A stretch of DNA of 64,000 bases from Pleurocapsa minor GSE-CHR-MK 17-07R (GCA_019359125.1 JAHHHY010000006.1:210030-274029), one strand, 5' to 3'. Positions 8,978 through 20,065 are shown, counted from the first letter of the stretch. Notes: generated by a model not told the origin, from the letters alone. Translations and numbers: made by a program.

Positions 8978-9652
8978 ATGATCAGCGATGACCAGTTTGA
9001 CCGGGTGCTCCAGACGCTGCCCTTCCTGCGGCAGGCGGATGCCCGCGTCGTCACCGACTTTAAGCGCATGGCGTTTGTCGCCCATATTCCCGCTGGCAAA
9101 GATGTGTTTGTCGAGGGCGACGAGGTGCAGGCGATTGCGCTGCTGATGTCTGGTGCCGTGCGCGTGTACAAGATCGGGGAAACCGGACGCGAAATCACCC
9201 TGTATCGGTTTGGATTTGGCGAGTCGTGTATTTTAACTGCCAATGCCATTCTCTCCCGGCAGTTGTTTTCGGCCATCGCCACGGTGGATCAGGATGCGGA
9301 AGCGATCATGATTCCCGCAGAGTCATTCCGCGAGTGGGTGCAGCGCCACGATTTCTGGCGCGACTTCGTGTTCACGATTCTCTCGCAGCGGCTGTCCCGC
9401 CTCATGGAAATCGTCGATGAAGTGGTCTTTCAGCGCATGGATGCGCGCGTCGCGGCGCTGCTGCACGAGCGCGGCAAGACACATAATCCAATCAGCGGAA
9501 CCCATCAGGAAATTGCGGCTGAGCTGGGCAGCTCGCGCGAGGTCATCAGCCGCATCCTGGAAAATCTGGCCCGGCAGGGGATGATTCGCGTGCTGCGCGG
9601 TTCGATTGAAATTCTGGACGCTGATTTACTGGAAAAACAAACGACTCGGTGA
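8978..9652 (+). CDS. Crp/Fnr family transcriptional regulator
   Basis: cNMP-like domain (VRVYKIGETGREITLYRFGFGESC) and C-terminal HTH (THQEIAAELGSSREVISRIL). Confidence 0.9.
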   Translation: MISDDQFDRVLQTLPFLRQADARVVTDFKRMAFVAHIPAGKDVFVEGDEVQAIALLMSGAVRVYKIGETGREITLYRFGFGESCILTANAILSRQLFSAIATVDQDAEAIMIPAESFREWVQRHDFWRDFVFTILSQRLSRLMEIVDEVVFQRMDARVAALLHERGKTHNPISGTHQEIAAELGSSREVISRILENLARQGMIRVLRGSIEILDADLLEKQTTR

Positions 9653-9689
9653 CTTTGTCACGGATATCCCCGGCCACATCTCCTATACT
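9649..9689 (+). promoter_or_regulatory. Palindrome GTGAC-N3-GTCAC plus -10 box upstream of the DUF2892 gene
   Basis: Palindrome at 9649-9661; TATACT at 9684-9689; palindrome centre about 41 bp upstream of the expected transcription start. Confidence 0.5.
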
Positions 9690-9726
9690 GACAGCACAAT
9701 ATCAAATGAACAGAGGAGATCTGCAA

Positions 9727-9954
9727 ATGAACGCTTTCTTCAACTTTATGGCGTCGCCCGCCGGGCGCATTACTCGCATCGTGGCGGGCATCGCCTTAAT
9801 CGTCCTCGGGCTGGTGGGAGTGGGTGGCACAGGCGGCATCATCGTGGCGGTCATCGGGCTCGTCCCGCTGGCGGCGGGTGTGTTCGATGTCTGTGTCATA
9901 GCCGCGCTGTTTGGGCGTCCCTTCAGCGGCTCGAAACTCCGCTCCGGCCAGTAA
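9727..9954 (+). CDS. DUF2892 (YgaP-like) small membrane protein
   Basis: GRITRIVAGIALIVLG...GLVPLAAGVFDVC; RBS GAGGAG. Confidence 0.8.
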   Translation: MNAFFNFMASPAGRITRIVAGIALIVLGLVGVGGTGGIIVAVIGLVPLAAGVFDVCVIAALFGRPFSGSKLRSGQ

Positions 9955-9981
9955 CCGCCAGCGTCCACCGCAGTACCCGCG

Positions 9982-10033
9982 TGCCCGTGGCTAACTCTCC
10001 TGTAGAGGCGAGATTCAGCCACGGGCATTTTTT
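9982..10033 (+). terminator. Intrinsic terminator
   Basis: TGCCCGTGGCT / AGCCACGGGCA stem followed by TTTTTT. Confidence 0.7.
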
Positions 10034-10188
10034 ATGTCTGTCACCGAAGGCGGGGATGAAACGGCCGGCCGCGATTATCCGCACGCCAGATGTGTTTCTT
10101 TTCTGCCTGCCAAAACGACTTTCTTGACAGCCAGCGCGAGTGGGGAAACACTTCGCCTGGAATCGGCAGCACAGGGGAGCGCATCAAC

Positions 10189-10974
10189 ATGGGAAAACTT
10201 CAGCAGTCGGCGGCGTGGTGGTGCTTCGTGGGCGAGGACGGGCTGTCGCCACAGGACTTCGTGGCCCTGTGCCGGGACATCGGCTTTGATGCCGTTGAGC
10301 TGCCGGACGAGGCCTATTTCCCGCTCATCCGCGATCACGGCCTGGGTATTTCCGCGCTGCGCGGGCACGATTCGATCATCAGCGGGCTGAACCGCGAGGC
10401 CAACCACGACCGCATCGTGCGCGAACTGGAGGCGAATATCCGCCTTGCTTCAGACTGGCAGGTGCCGCACCTGATCTGCTTCAGCGGCTCGCGCGAGAGG
10501 CTGGACGACGACCGCGCCGTCGAGGCCATCGTACGCGGGCTGGGGCGTGTTGCGCCGATGGCCGAAAGCGCGGGCGTCACGCTGACGCTGGAGCTGCTGA
10601 ACAGCCGTGTCGATCACCCCGACTATCAGTGTGACCGCACGCCGTTCGGCCTGCGCGTGATCGAGGGGGTCGCCTCGCCGGCTGTGAAGCTGCTCTACGA
10701 CATCTATCACATGCAGATCATGGAGGGGGACATCATCCGCACGATCACCCACCATCACGCCGCCTTCAGCCATTACCACACGGCGGGCAATCCCGGCCGC
10801 AATGAGCTCAATGACGCGCAGGAGCTGCATTACGCGGCCATCTTCAGGGCGATTGCGGCCACCGGCTACCAGGGCGTAATCACGCATGAATTCATCCCTA
10901 CCGGCGACCCGCGCGCCGGGTTGGCGCAGGCCCACGCGCTGACCGCCAATGCGTTTGCGGGCGGGGCGTCGTGA
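10189..10974 (+). CDS. Hydroxypyruvate isomerase-like (AP endonuclease 2 / xylose isomerase-like TIM barrel)
   Basis: [42 protein letters not shown]. Confidence 0.85.
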   Translation: MGKLQQSAAWWCFVGEDGLSPQDFVALCRDIGFDAVELPDEAYFPLIRDHGLGISALRGHDSIISGLNREANHDRIVRELEANIRLASDWQVPHLICFSGSRERLDDDRAVEAIVRGLGRVAPMAESAGVTLTLELLNSRVDHPDYQCDRTPFGLRVIEGVASPAVKLLYDIYHMQIMEGDIIRTITHHHAAFSHYHTAGNPGRNELNDAQELHYAAIFRAIAATGYQGVITHEFIPTGDPRAGLAQAHALTANAFAGGAS

Positions 10975-11445
10975 CCGGGACAGCCTGTATGCCGTATTGA
11001 TGGCCGAGCGTGCGCTGATGGGCATGGCCGGCGCGCCCTAGCGCCTGGCGGATGCCCTCAGCAATCCATACGCCGTCATTGCCCGCAGGAGCAGGCCGAA
11101 ACGCGCCCGTGTCAGGCCACAGCGATCCGCAAAGCGCCACCTCCCGGTACATACACGACATAGGCCAGAGGCCAGACAAGCCACAGCGTCCGGCTATTTT
11201 TGTCGTGCTTTGCGCGTCACAGTGCCGCATATCCCCTTGCTAACGGGCCGCAAGACGGCCCATCGGCCGGAAAAGTTATGTGAAATTCGTACTGCAACCT
11301 CAGCTGAATCCTCGCAACAACCGAATGTAACCGGCCTGTTTGTGAATGCTGTAAATAAATTAATGATTTTTGCTGAAAACTGCGACATCTCCCCGAAAAC
11401 CCCGCTTTAACCATTAGGCATATAGTAGAAAGTTGGGTAATCGCT

Positions 11446-12051
11446 TTGAAAAAGCGCGATGTTGCCTTTTTGTCGTTTGGGGCAGTGCTCGGTTTGGCAG
11501 CTGGATTGATCCTGCTGACCAGCCCTGACTTGCAGCGCTCACTGTCTGGCACGGCCATGGGCATCGATGCACAGCCGGCTTATCTGATCGTGGATAACGA
11601 GCAGGCACAGCAGTGGCTGCTGTCAGTTTATCCCGATGACGAACAGGCCATCCTTTCGGCGTTTGCCAATGCGGGTCGCCTGGCCACGACGACCACCTTT
11701 CCTGAGACATTCCGCGAAGTGGAAGCCGATATCAATCAGTTGTCAGACCGCGCTTTTGCGGCGCTGACCGGACGTCTGCCCGATGCAGATGCCGAGCCGT
11801 CGTTTGCGCTGCCGGATGCGCTGCTGACGGATACGGCGGCTGGAGACATCATGTCGTGTGTGGGGCTGGATGAAAACCCGTACAACTTCGATGGCTACAG
11901 CCTTGAGCTTTATATGGAGATTCCGTCCACACAGCTGGTGAATCTGCCATCTGGGTGGGCGACACATGACGATCCAATGAGCCGGAGTCTTTTCTGGCAG
12001 CGGCTGGCATGCCACGCGCTGACAGGGGACATGGGGGAGAGGAGCCGTTAG
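11446..12051 (+). CDS. Hypothetical exported or membrane-anchored protein
   Basis: N-terminal hydrophobic segment; TTG start; directly upstream of and co-directional with the giant gene. Confidence 0.65.
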   Translation: MKKRDVAFLSFGAVLGLAAGLILLTSPDLQRSLSGTAMGIDAQPAYLIVDNEQAQQWLLSVYPDDEQAILSAFANAGRLATTTTFPETFREVEADINQLSDRAFAALTGRLPDADAEPSFALPDALLTDTAAGDIMSCVGLDENPYNFDGYSLELYMEIPSTQLVNLPSGWATHDDPMSRSLFWQRLACHALTGDMGERSR

Positions 12052-12116
12052 CCTATGGCATGATGCAACAACATTCGGCGTTCTCATCTGGATCCATGCG
12101 TTAGGAGAAAAGTTTT

Positions 12117-15100
12117 ATGAAACGAAATGGGCTTAACAGGCAAGTGATAATGATCGCAGGCATCACCCTTGTGGTGCTGGTGGTTGGCGCGATCATTTTG
12201 TCCAGTGCCATCTCAGGTGGCAGCCTGTCGGGCTCTGGTGTTGAAGGTGAACAGATTGCTGAAGTGCCTTCCGCTACCCCTGAACCGCCGACGCCGGAAC
12301 CCCCGCCGCCGGACTCAGACGGGGATGGTACTCCGGATAATCAGGATGCATGTCCGAACGACGGCTTCCACGATGGTGTAGGCGACCCCTGCAACCACGA
12401 TGAAGACGGCGACGGCGTGCGCGACGATGTCGATAGCTGCCCGACCGAATCCGGCAGTGCGCCGAATGGCTGCGTTCCTACCCCGGAACCGCCGACGGCC
12501 ACCCCGGTGCCCCCGACATCGACTCCTGTGCCCCCGACAGCAACCCCTGTCCCGCCAACTGAAACGCCAGTGCCTCCAACGGCAACAGATGTACCTCCTA
12601 CTGAAACAGCGGTTCCTCCGACGGAAGCTGCGACGCTCGAAAACACCGCAACGGAGACCCCTGGTCGCCCCGACCAGCCTACTCCTGAAACGACGGATGA
12701 GTCGTTAAGTCCGGTTGTTCAAACCGGCCCGACCAATACTCCGACGAATACGCCTGTTGCGGCCACTTCGAGCCCGACGTCGACCAGCACAGGTGGTAAC
12801 TGCCGTGGTGGTACGGATGAGTGGGACTGCACGTCCATTGAAGTCAGCGGTCAGTGCGCCGAAGGTGTGCCGTCCTTTACCGTCAACGAAACTGGCGGCG
12901 ATAACAACATGGACGGCCCGGTTGCGTGGCGTCTGACCCTGAATGGCAACCTTGTTGAGTCTGGTACGCTCCAGCTCAATGCTGGTCAGTCGTTATCGCT
13001 CCAGTTCCCGCAGGTTGCGGGTTCGACTGGCAATTTGCGTCTGCAAGTCGATCAGCGTCCGGGTCACCCGGGCAGCAGCCAGCCACAGGCCAGCTTCTCT
13101 GTGCCGTGCGCGGGTGCTGACTCCCCGACTCCGACGAATACGTCGACGATCGCTGCGACGAATACGCAGACGATTGTGGCCACAAACACGTCGACCGAGA
13201 CGCCGACCGAGACGCCGACCGAAACAGCGACGATTACGCCGACTGAGACGCCGACGGTGACGACTACCTCGACGGTGACTTCGACGGTGACATCAACGCC
13301 GACGGTGACAGTCACCGGCACCCGGTCATCGACGCCGGTTCAGCCGGTTGGCCGCATCAACCTGTCGCATCACTATTGCGTCGCCGGCAGCAACCCGGCC
13401 GATCCGCAGCTGGAAGTCCACTTTGTGGTCACCCAGTCAGGGACTGCCAACTTTGGCACGCTGACGTATGTGATCAACGGGCAGACCCGCTCGATCGGTC
13501 CGTCTGGCCGCACCGGCGGCACCACGCACTACTATGACTACATTTCGCTGGGGCCTGTGGGCACCACGTGGACGGTGGAATCGGGCAGTGTCGTGATCAA
13601 TGGCGCGACCTATGCGGTGCAGAACCTGCCGCAGTCGTACACGTCGCAGGCCGGATGCTATCCGACGGTGCCGACGAGCACGCCGACGACCGCGCCCACA
13701 AATACGCGTACCTCGACGACTGCGCCCACCAACACGCCCGCGAATACGGCGACCAATACGGTGACGCGCACGCCTTCGAACACGCCGACGGTGACCAACA
13801 CGGCCACCAGCACGTCGACGAACACGGCGACCAATACACCGTCGGCGACCAACACGCGTACGAGCACAGCCACCAATACCCCGACGGTGACGAATACGCC
13901 GACGGTGACGAATACGCCGGACACGCGCTTCCTGACGATCTGCCATGTGGCAGGCCGTGCCGAAGACCCGGCCAACTGGGTCGTGCTGACGCTGCCGTAT
14001 CAGGCCGTGTATGCCAATGCGCAGGGCAACGGTGGTCACTTCTTCGAAAACGGCACCCCGCTGGCAGGCCACGAACAGGACTTCATCATCAATGGTCCTG
14101 AAGACCTGGCACGCTGCGCGCCGCCCGCGACCGCCACGCCGACGGAAACGCCGACAGATGTTCCGACGAACACGCTGACGCCGTCGAATACGCCGACCGG
14201 CACCGTGCCGCCGACGGAAACGCCGACGAATACGCCAACGGATGTTCCGACGAATACGCTGACGCCGACTGCGACCGAAGACCCGCGCTTCCTGACGATC
14301 TGCCATGTGGCAGGCCGTGCAGAAGACCCGGCCAACTGGGTCATCCTGACGCTGCCGTATCAGGCAGTGTATGCCAACGCGCAGGGCAATGGCGGCCACT
14401 TCTTCGAGAACGGGACACCGCTGGCGGGCCACGAACAGGACTTCATCATCAATAGTCCTGCCGACTACGCACGCTGCGCCCCGCCGACACCGCAGCCGAC
14501 GGAAACGCCGACCAACACGTCGACGAGCACGCCCAGCAATACGCCGACGAACACGCCGACGAACACCGCGACCAACACGCCGACGAATACGTCCACCGTG
14601 ACGAATACGCCGACGAACACGGCCACGAATACGCCGACGAATACGCGCACGTCGACCAATACGCCGACGAATACGCCGACGAATACGCCGACAGCGACCA
14701 ACACGCCGACGAATACGGCGACGCCGGACACGCGCTTCGTGACGATCTGCCATGTGGCGGGCCGTGCGGATGACCCGGCCAACTGGGTCGTGCTGACGCT
14801 GCCGTACCAGGCAGTGTATGCCAACGCGCAGGGCAACGGTGGTCACTTCTTCGAAAACGGGACGCCGCTGGCCGGCCACGAACAGGACTTCATCATCAAT
14901 GGTCCTGAAGACCTGGCACGCTGCGCGCCGCCCGCGACGCTGACCCCGACGCCGACGGAAACGCCGACGAGCACGCTGACGAATACGCCGACGAACACGC
15001 TCACCCCGTCGACTACCCCGACCGGCACGCAAACGCCGTCGAACACGCCGACTGAGACGCTGACGCCGACCAATACGCCGACGAACACGCCGACGAATAC

Positions 15101-18100
15101 GCTGACGCCGACTGCGACCGAAGACCCGCGCGTCGTGACGATCTGCCATGTGGCGGGCCGTGCCGATGACCCGGCCAACTGGGTCATCCTGACGCTGCCG
15201 TACCAGGCTGTGTTTGCGAACGCGCAGGGCAATGGTGGTCACTTCTTCGAGAACGGGACGCCGCTGGCAGGCCACGAACAGGACTTCATCATCAACAGTC
15301 CTGCCGACGCCGCACGCTGCGCACCGCCGACGCCAGTGCCGAGCGAGACGCCGACCAGCACTTCGACGAATACGCCGAGCAGCACGCCGACGAACACCGC
15401 GACCAACACGCCCACGGCGACCGCGACGAATACCGCGACCAACACGCCGACGAGCACGCCGACGAATACGCCGACGGAAACGCCGAGCGAGACGCCGACC
15501 AATACGCCGACGAATACGCCGACGAATACGCCAACCAACACGCCGACGAATACGGCGACGCCGGACACGCGCTTCGTGACGATCTGCCATGTGGCGGGCC
15601 GTGCGGAAGACCCGGCCAACTGGGTCGTGCTGACGCTGCCGTATCAGGCTGTCTACGCCAACGCGCAGGGCAACGGTGGTCACTTCTTTGAAAACGGGAC
15701 GCCGCTGGCTGGCCACGAACAGGACTTCATCATCAATGGTCCTGAAGACCTGGCACGCTGCGCGCCGCCCGCGACGCTGACCCCGACGCCGACGGAAACG
15801 CCGACGGAAACGCCGACGAATACGCCGACGAACACGCTCACCCCGTCGAACACGCCGACCGGCACGCAAACGCCGTCGAACACGCCGACTGAGACGCTGA
15901 CGCCGACGAATACGCCGACGAACACGCCGACGAATACGCTGACGCCGACTGCGACCGAAGACCCGCGCGTCGTGACGATCTGCCATGTGGCAGGCCGTGC
16001 CGATGACCCGGCCAACTGGGTCATCCTGACGCTGCCGTACCAGGCTGTGTTTGCGAACGCCCAGGGCAATGGTGGTCACTTCTTCGAGAACGGCACGCCG
16101 CTGGCCGGCCACGAACAAGACTTCATCATCAACAGTCCTGCCGATGCCGCACGCTGCGCGCCGCCGCCGACGGCTACCCCGACGCCGACGAATACGCCGA
16201 CGAATACGTCGACCAACACGCCGACGTCGACCAATACGCCGACTGCGACGCCAACGTCGACCAACACGCCGACGAACACGCCGACGAGCACGCCGACGAA
16301 TACCGCGACGAACACGCCAACGTCGACCAACACGCCGACCGCGACGAATACGCCGACGAGCACGCCGACGAATACGCTGACGCCGACTGCGACCGAAGAC
16401 CCGCGTTTCGTGACGATCTGCCATGTGGCAGGCCGTGCGGATGACCCGGCCAACTGGGTCGTGCTGACGCTGCCGTATCAGGCCGTGTACGCGAATGCGC
16501 AGGGCAATGGTGGCCACTTCTTCGAGAATGGGACGCCGCTGGCTGGCCACGAACAGGACTTCATCATCAACGGTCCTGAAGACCTGGCACGCTGCGCGCC
16601 GCCGCCGACCGCGACGCCGACGCCAAGCAACACGCCGACGAATACGCCGACCAACACCGCGACCAATACGCCGACGAACACGCCGACGAATACCGCGACC
16701 AATACGCCGACGAATACGCCGACGCCGACCGAGACGTTGACGCCAACGAACACGCCGACCGGCACGCAGACGCCGTCGAACACGCCGACTGAGACGCTGA
16801 CCCCGACGAATACGCCGACGAATACCAACACGCCGACGAATACGCCGACCAACACGTCTACGCCGACGCCGACGAACACGCCGACCAATACGCTGACGCC
16901 GACGCCGACCGAAGACCCGCGCGTCTACACGATCTGCCATGTGGCGGGCCGTGCCGATGATCCTGCCAACTGGGTCATCCTGACGCTGCCGTACCAGGCT
17001 GTGTTTGCGAATGCGCAGGGCAATGGTGGCCACTTCTTCGAGAACGGCACGCCGACCGCGGGTCACGAGCAGGACTTCATCATCAACAGCCCTGCCGACT
17101 ACGCACGCTGCGCGCCGCCGCCGACGGTGACCCCAACGCCGACTGAAACGCCGACGAATACGCCGACGAATACGCCGACGAACACGCCGACGAACACGCC
17201 GACGAACACGCCGACGAATACGCCGACCGAGACGCCGACGAATACGCCGACCGAGACGCCGACCAATACGCCGACCAACACGCCGACCGAGACGCCGACG
17301 AACACGCCGACGAACACGCCGACCAATACGCCGACCAACACGCCGACGAACACGCCGACCGAGACGCCGACGAATACGCCGACGAATACGCCGACCGAGA
17401 CGCCGACCGAAACGCCGACGAATACGCCGACGAATACGCCGACGAACACGCCGACCGAGACGCCGACGAATACGCCGACCGAGACGCCGACGAATACGCC
17501 GACCGAGACGCCGACGCCGACCATCACACCGACGCTGACGCCGACGACGACAGCAACGCAGCCCGTGGGACCGATCAACCTGTCTCATATGTACTGCGTG
17601 ACGCCTGAGACGCCGCAGCTCGAAGTCCACTTTGTGGTCACACAGCCAGGGGATGGTAACGAGTTTGGTTCGCTGACCTACGAGATCAACGGCGAGAGCC
17701 GCACGATCGCAGGGCCGGAGGATTCGAACGCGGCGATCATCCACTACTACGACTACCTGACGCTGGGCCCGGTGGGCACGACGTACACGGTGCCGTTTGG
17801 CAGTGTGATGATTAACGGTGTGCCATTCGGTGTGCAGAATCTGCCGTATGACTACGTCGTGTCGGAGGACTGCTTCCCGCCGCCGTCGTTGACAGGCGCA
17901 GGCATCTGCACGCGCCCGGGTAACCTGCAGTTCTCGGTGACCAACAACGGCCAGACGACATCGCTGCCAGTGGCATTCGTCATCCTGGGCCCCAACGGCC
18001 AGTTCGCGGATGGCACGGTGCCTGCACTGACATCGGGCCAGACTGCTGACTTCCCGTACAGCGGCGCTGCCCCCGGCACCTACTCCTTCTTCACTGAAGA

Positions 18101-19634
18101 TGGCGCGGTGACCGTGAGCGCCCCATGCGATGAGTCAGCGACAGCCACGCCAACGCCGGGCAACCCGCCCAGCTATACGGCGAATGGCTTCTGCGATGCT
18201 GCTGGCAACCTGGTGTACAACATCACCAACACGGGCGGGCAGGCAAGCGGCCCGATCAACTACCTGGTGTTCACGCCGAGTGGCGAACAGGTCAATGGCT
18301 CGGTGGGCCCGCTGAACAGCGGTGCGACCGAACAGGTCAGCCTGGGCACGCAGCCGGACGGCACCTACACGCTCTTTACGGAAGATGGCTCTGCCACGGT
18401 CTCCGTGGTCTGCCAGGAAGTGCCGCCAGAATGCGTGTACGTCCCGCCGGGCGGAATCCCGACGGATGGCACGACGGTGGACATCAACGCGCTGAATGGC
18501 TGCGTTGAGCCCCAGCAGCCGCGCCCGACGTGGACGCCGATCGAAGTGGGACCGGCAGGTCAGTGCCCTGACTGGCTGGTGTACCACACGGATCAGACCG
18601 GTGACCTGGAAATCTTCCGCCTGGGCGAACTGCCCGATGCGCCGGAAGCCGAAGAAAACCTGACGCAGTCCAGCCAGTTTGGACCGTTTGTGGTGGACAT
18701 GAATCCGTCGCGTTCGCCGGATGATGAGTGGATCGCCTTTGTCAGCAACCGCGATGGCGGGCTGAACTGGGAGATCTATGTGGGACGTACCGATGGCAGC
18801 GAACAGCGCCGCGTGACGTACAACACCTCGTCGTTCGACATGTCGCCGGCATGGTCACCGCTGGGCAACCAGATTGTGTTTACATCGACGCGCGACGGCA
18901 ACTGGAACCTGTACCTGGTCGATGTGCTGACCGGTGCGGAGACGCAGCTGACGAACAACGCGGGCTTCGATGTGACGCCGTCGTGGTCGCCTGACGGGAC
19001 GAAGGTCATCTTCATGAGCAATCGTGACGGTGGTCTGTGGCAGGTGTACACGATTGACGTGGCGACGGGCGAGGAAACGCGCCTGAGCGACGGTACGGGC
19101 AACGACTGGGATCCGATGTTCAGCAATGACGGCGAGCGCATCGCGTTCCGCCGCCAGGGCGAGACGAGCGTCGTCTACGTGATGAACGCGGACGGCACGG
19201 GAGTCCAGCAGGTGTCTGACCCGACAGGCGATGCACGCAACCACGTGTTCAGCCCGGACAACACCCTGGTCGCGTACAACAGCGATCTGGATGGCGACCG
19301 CGATGTGTACATCTACGAGCTGACGGACGAAGGCAGCGGGCGCACGCGCCAGCTGACCGACAACACGACGGACGACTACGCGCCAACCTGGATCTGCGAC
19401 AGCACGCAGGTGGTGTGGACGTCGGATGCGACGGAAGATCAGGACGTGAGCGCGGACAACAACGTGTACAACGTGAACGCGCTGCCGATCGATGGTCCGT
19501 CGCTGAACGTGAAGGCGGAGACGAATCAGATGACGTTCGACCCGAACGATGACCGTCAGCCGCAGAGCGTGCCGAGTGTGGAACTGTCGTCCCGCATCTT
19601 CGGTGAGGATGACGCGAATCCGCGCAACCGTTAA
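12117..19634 (+). CDS. 2505-aa repetitive cell-surface protein (N-terminal TM/signal, TSP3-like Ca motifs, Ig-like modules, 8 TICH modules, Thr/Pro/Asn linkers, C-terminal PD40 propeller)
   Basis: [15 protein letters not shown] and [15 protein letters not shown]; repeated TICHVAGRA[E/D]DPANW...GHEQDFII; [38 protein letters not shown] blades. Confidence 0.9.
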   Translation: MKRNGLNRQVIMIAGITLVVLVVGAIILSSAISGGSLSGSGVEGEQIAEVPSATPEPPTPEPPPPDSDGDGTPDNQDACPNDGFHDGVGDPCNHDEDGDGVRDDVDSCPTESGSAPNGCVPTPEPPTATPVPPTSTPVPPTATPVPPTETPVPPTATDVPPTETAVPPTEAATLENTATETPGRPDQPTPETTDESLSPVVQTGPTNTPTNTPVAATSSPTSTSTGGNCRGGTDEWDCTSIEVSGQCAEGVPSFTVNETGGDNNMDGPVAWRLTLNGNLVESGTLQLNAGQSLSLQFPQVAGSTGNLRLQVDQRPGHPGSSQPQASFSVPCAGADSPTPTNTSTIAATNTQTIVATNTSTETPTETPTETATITPTETPTVTTTSTVTSTVTSTPTVTVTGTRSSTPVQPVGRINLSHHYCVAGSNPADPQLEVHFVVTQSGTANFGTLTYVINGQTRSIGPSGRTGGTTHYYDYISLGPVGTTWTVESGSVVINGATYAVQNLPQSYTSQAGCYPTVPTSTPTTAPTNTRTSTTAPTNTPANTATNTVTRTPSNTPTVTNTATSTSTNTATNTPSATNTRTSTATNTPTVTNTPTVTNTPDTRFLTICHVAGRAEDPANWVVLTLPYQAVYANAQGNGGHFFENGTPLAGHEQDFIINGPEDLARCAPPATATPTETPTDVPTNTLTPSNTPTGTVPPTETPTNTPTDVPTNTLTPTATEDPRFLTICHVAGRAEDPANWVILTLPYQAVYANAQGNGGHFFENGTPLAGHEQDFIINSPADYARCAPPTPQPTETPTNTSTSTPSNTPTNTPTNTATNTPTNTSTVTNTPTNTATNTPTNTRTSTNTPTNTPTNTPTATNTPTNTATPDTRFVTICHVAGRADDPANWVVLTLPYQAVYANAQGNGGHFFENGTPLAGHEQDFIINGPEDLARCAPPATLTPTPTETPTSTLTNTPTNTLTPSTTPTGTQTPSNTPTETLTPTNTPTNTPTNTLTPTATEDPRVVTICHVAGRADDPANWVILTLPYQAVFANAQGNGGHFFENGTPLAGHEQDFIINSPADAARCAPPTPVPSETPTSTSTNTPSSTPTNTATNTPTATATNTATNTPTSTPTNTPTETPSETPTNTPTNTPTNTPTNTPTNTATPDTRFVTICHVAGRAEDPANWVVLTLPYQAVYANAQGNGGHFFENGTPLAGHEQDFIINGPEDLARCAPPATLTPTPTETPTETPTNTPTNTLTPSNTPTGTQTPSNTPTETLTPTNTPTNTPTNTLTPTATEDPRVVTICHVAGRADDPANWVILTLPYQAVFANAQGNGGHFFENGTPLAGHEQDFIINSPADAARCAPPPTATPTPTNTPTNTSTNTPTSTNTPTATPTSTNTPTNTPTSTPTNTATNTPTSTNTPTATNTPTSTPTNTLTPTATEDPRFVTICHVAGRADDPANWVVLTLPYQAVYANAQGNGGHFFENGTPLAGHEQDFIINGPEDLARCAPPPTATPTPSNTPTNTPTNTATNTPTNTPTNTATNTPTNTPTPTETLTPTNTPTGTQTPSNTPTETLTPTNTPTNTNTPTNTPTNTSTPTPTNTPTNTLTPTPTEDPRVYTICHVAGRADDPANWVILTLPYQAVFANAQGNGGHFFENGTPTAGHEQDFIINSPADYARCAPPPTVTPTPTETPTNTPTNTPTNTPTNTPTNTPTNTPTETPTNTPTETPTNTPTNTPTETPTNTPTNTPTNTPTNTPTNTPTETPTNTPTNTPTETPTETPTNTPTNTPTNTPTETPTNTPTETPTNTPTETPTPTITPTLTPTTTATQPVGPINLSHMYCVTPETPQLEVHFVVTQPGDGNEFGSLTYEINGESRTIAGPEDSNAAIIHYYDYLTLGPVGTTYTVPFGSVMINGVPFGVQNLPYDYVVSEDCFPPPSLTGAGICTRPGNLQFSVTNNGQTTSLPVAFVILGPNGQFADGTVPALTSGQTADFPYSGAAPGTYSFFTEDGAVTVSAPCDESATATPTPGNPPSYTANGFCDAAGNLVYNITNTGGQASGPINYLVFTPSGEQVNGSVGPLNSGATEQVSLGTQPDGTYTLFTEDGSATVSVVCQEVPPECVYVPPGGIPTDGTTVDINALNGCVEPQQPRPTWTPIEVGPAGQCPDWLVYHTDQTGDLEIFRLGELPDAPEAEENLTQSSQFGPFVVDMNPSRSPDDEWIAFVSNRDGGLNWEIYVGRTDGSEQRRVTYNTSSFDMSPAWSPLGNQIVFTSTRDGNWNLYLVDVLTGAETQLTNNAGFDVTPSWSPDGTKVIFMSNRDGGLWQVYTIDVATGEETRLSDGTGNDWDPMFSNDGERIAFRRQGETSVVYVMNADGTGVQQVSDPTGDARNHVFSPDNTLVAYNSDLDGDRDVYIYELTDEGSGRTRQLTDNTTDDYAPTWICDSTQVVWTSDATEDQDVSADNNVYNVNALPIDGPSLNVKAETNQMTFDPNDDRQPQSVPSVELSSRIFGEDDANPRNR
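13935..17520 (+). repeat. Intragenic repeat array: 8 modules of ~190 bp separated by 12-bp ACGCCGACGAAT-type (TPTN) tandem repeats
   Basis: Module starts at 13935, 14295, 14742, 15138, 15579, 15975, 16413 and 16929; modules 3-4 and 5-6 repeat with an 837-bp period. Confidence 0.95.
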
Positions 19635-19743
19635 GGCGTGAGGCAGGGAGGGGCAGCGCGAGCTGCTCCCCCCAGCGAGACGCAACTGTATTTTCAACAT
19701 CGACGCACTTGCGGCGCGAGCCAGCAGGGGCAGGCGATGGAAC

Positions 19744-19786
19744 AACAGAAGAGGCATCCCGATAACCGGGGTGCCTCTTCTGTTTT
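19744..19786 (+). terminator. Intrinsic terminator of the giant gene
   Basis: AACAGAAGAGGCATCCCG / CGGGGTGCCTCTTCTGTT stem then T-tract. Confidence 0.8.
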
Positions 19787-19799
19787 GTGATGCAGGCGC

Positions 19800-19830
19800 A
19801 AAAAAAGAGACGGGTGTATGCCCGCCTCTC
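19800..19830 (-). terminator. Minus-strand intrinsic terminator
   Basis: GAGGCGGG-CATACA-CCCGTCTC followed by 7 T on the minus strand. Confidence 0.7.
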
Positions 19831-19923
19831 AATCAGATCATTGTCCGCACGCACCTCTGACCTGCTCGCGGAAAGTTGATCCAGCAAGAGTGAGAGTCCA
19901 ATCGTAAGATACCGAGGGACATA
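19817..19923 (-). ncRNA. Candidate rod-shaped structured RNA downstream of tRNA-Arg
   Basis: Nested pairings by eye: TATGTCC/GGGCATA, TCGGT/ATTGA, ATC/GAT, ATTG/CAAT, CTCT/AGAG, CTTGCT/AGCAGG, GGA/TCC. Confidence 0.3.
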
Positions 19924-19939
19924 AGTCGTGCAGGGAAAC

Positions 19940-19970
19940 AAAAAAGCGGCGAAGATTGTCTTCGCCGCTT
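19940..19970 (-). terminator. tRNA terminator
   Basis: Perfect 11-bp stem AAGCGGCGAAG / CTTCGCCGCTT with a T-tract on the minus strand. Confidence 0.8.
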
Positions 19971-19976
19971 CTGGTG

Positions 19977-20049
19977 TGTGCCTGGAGAGATTCGAACCCC
20001 CGACTTTCTGCTCCGTAGGCAGACGCTCTATCCGCTGAGCTACAGGCAC
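19977..20049 (-). tRNA. tRNA-Arg (anticodon ACG)
   Basis: GTGCCTG/CAGGCAC acceptor stem, TAGCTCAGCGGATAGAGC D arm, TCTGC-CTACGGA-GCAGA anticodon arm, GGTTCGAATC T loop. CCA is not encoded directly after the discriminator. Confidence 0.97.
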
Positions 20050-20065
20050 ATGTCACACTCCCCAA

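Noticed and set aside
11080-11170. c-di-GMP-I riboswitch suggested by CGCAAAGC
   Set aside because: The other GEMM elements (GGCAAAC, GNRA hairpin, P2) are not recognisable.
13935-17111. Repeat-spacer appearance suggesting a CRISPR-like array
   Set aside because: The repeats are ~190 bp, in frame within one protein, the spacers are low-complexity linkers, and no cas genes are present.
13437-17744. 1435-aa Arg/Gly-rich antisense ORF and many Val/Gly-rich minus-strand ORFs
   Set aside because: Shadows of the repetitive Thr/Pro-coding strand, which lacks antisense stop codons.
19635-19977. Prophage or island integrated at tRNA-Arg
   Set aside because: No integrase next to the tRNA and no duplicated tRNA 3' end noticed in the window.
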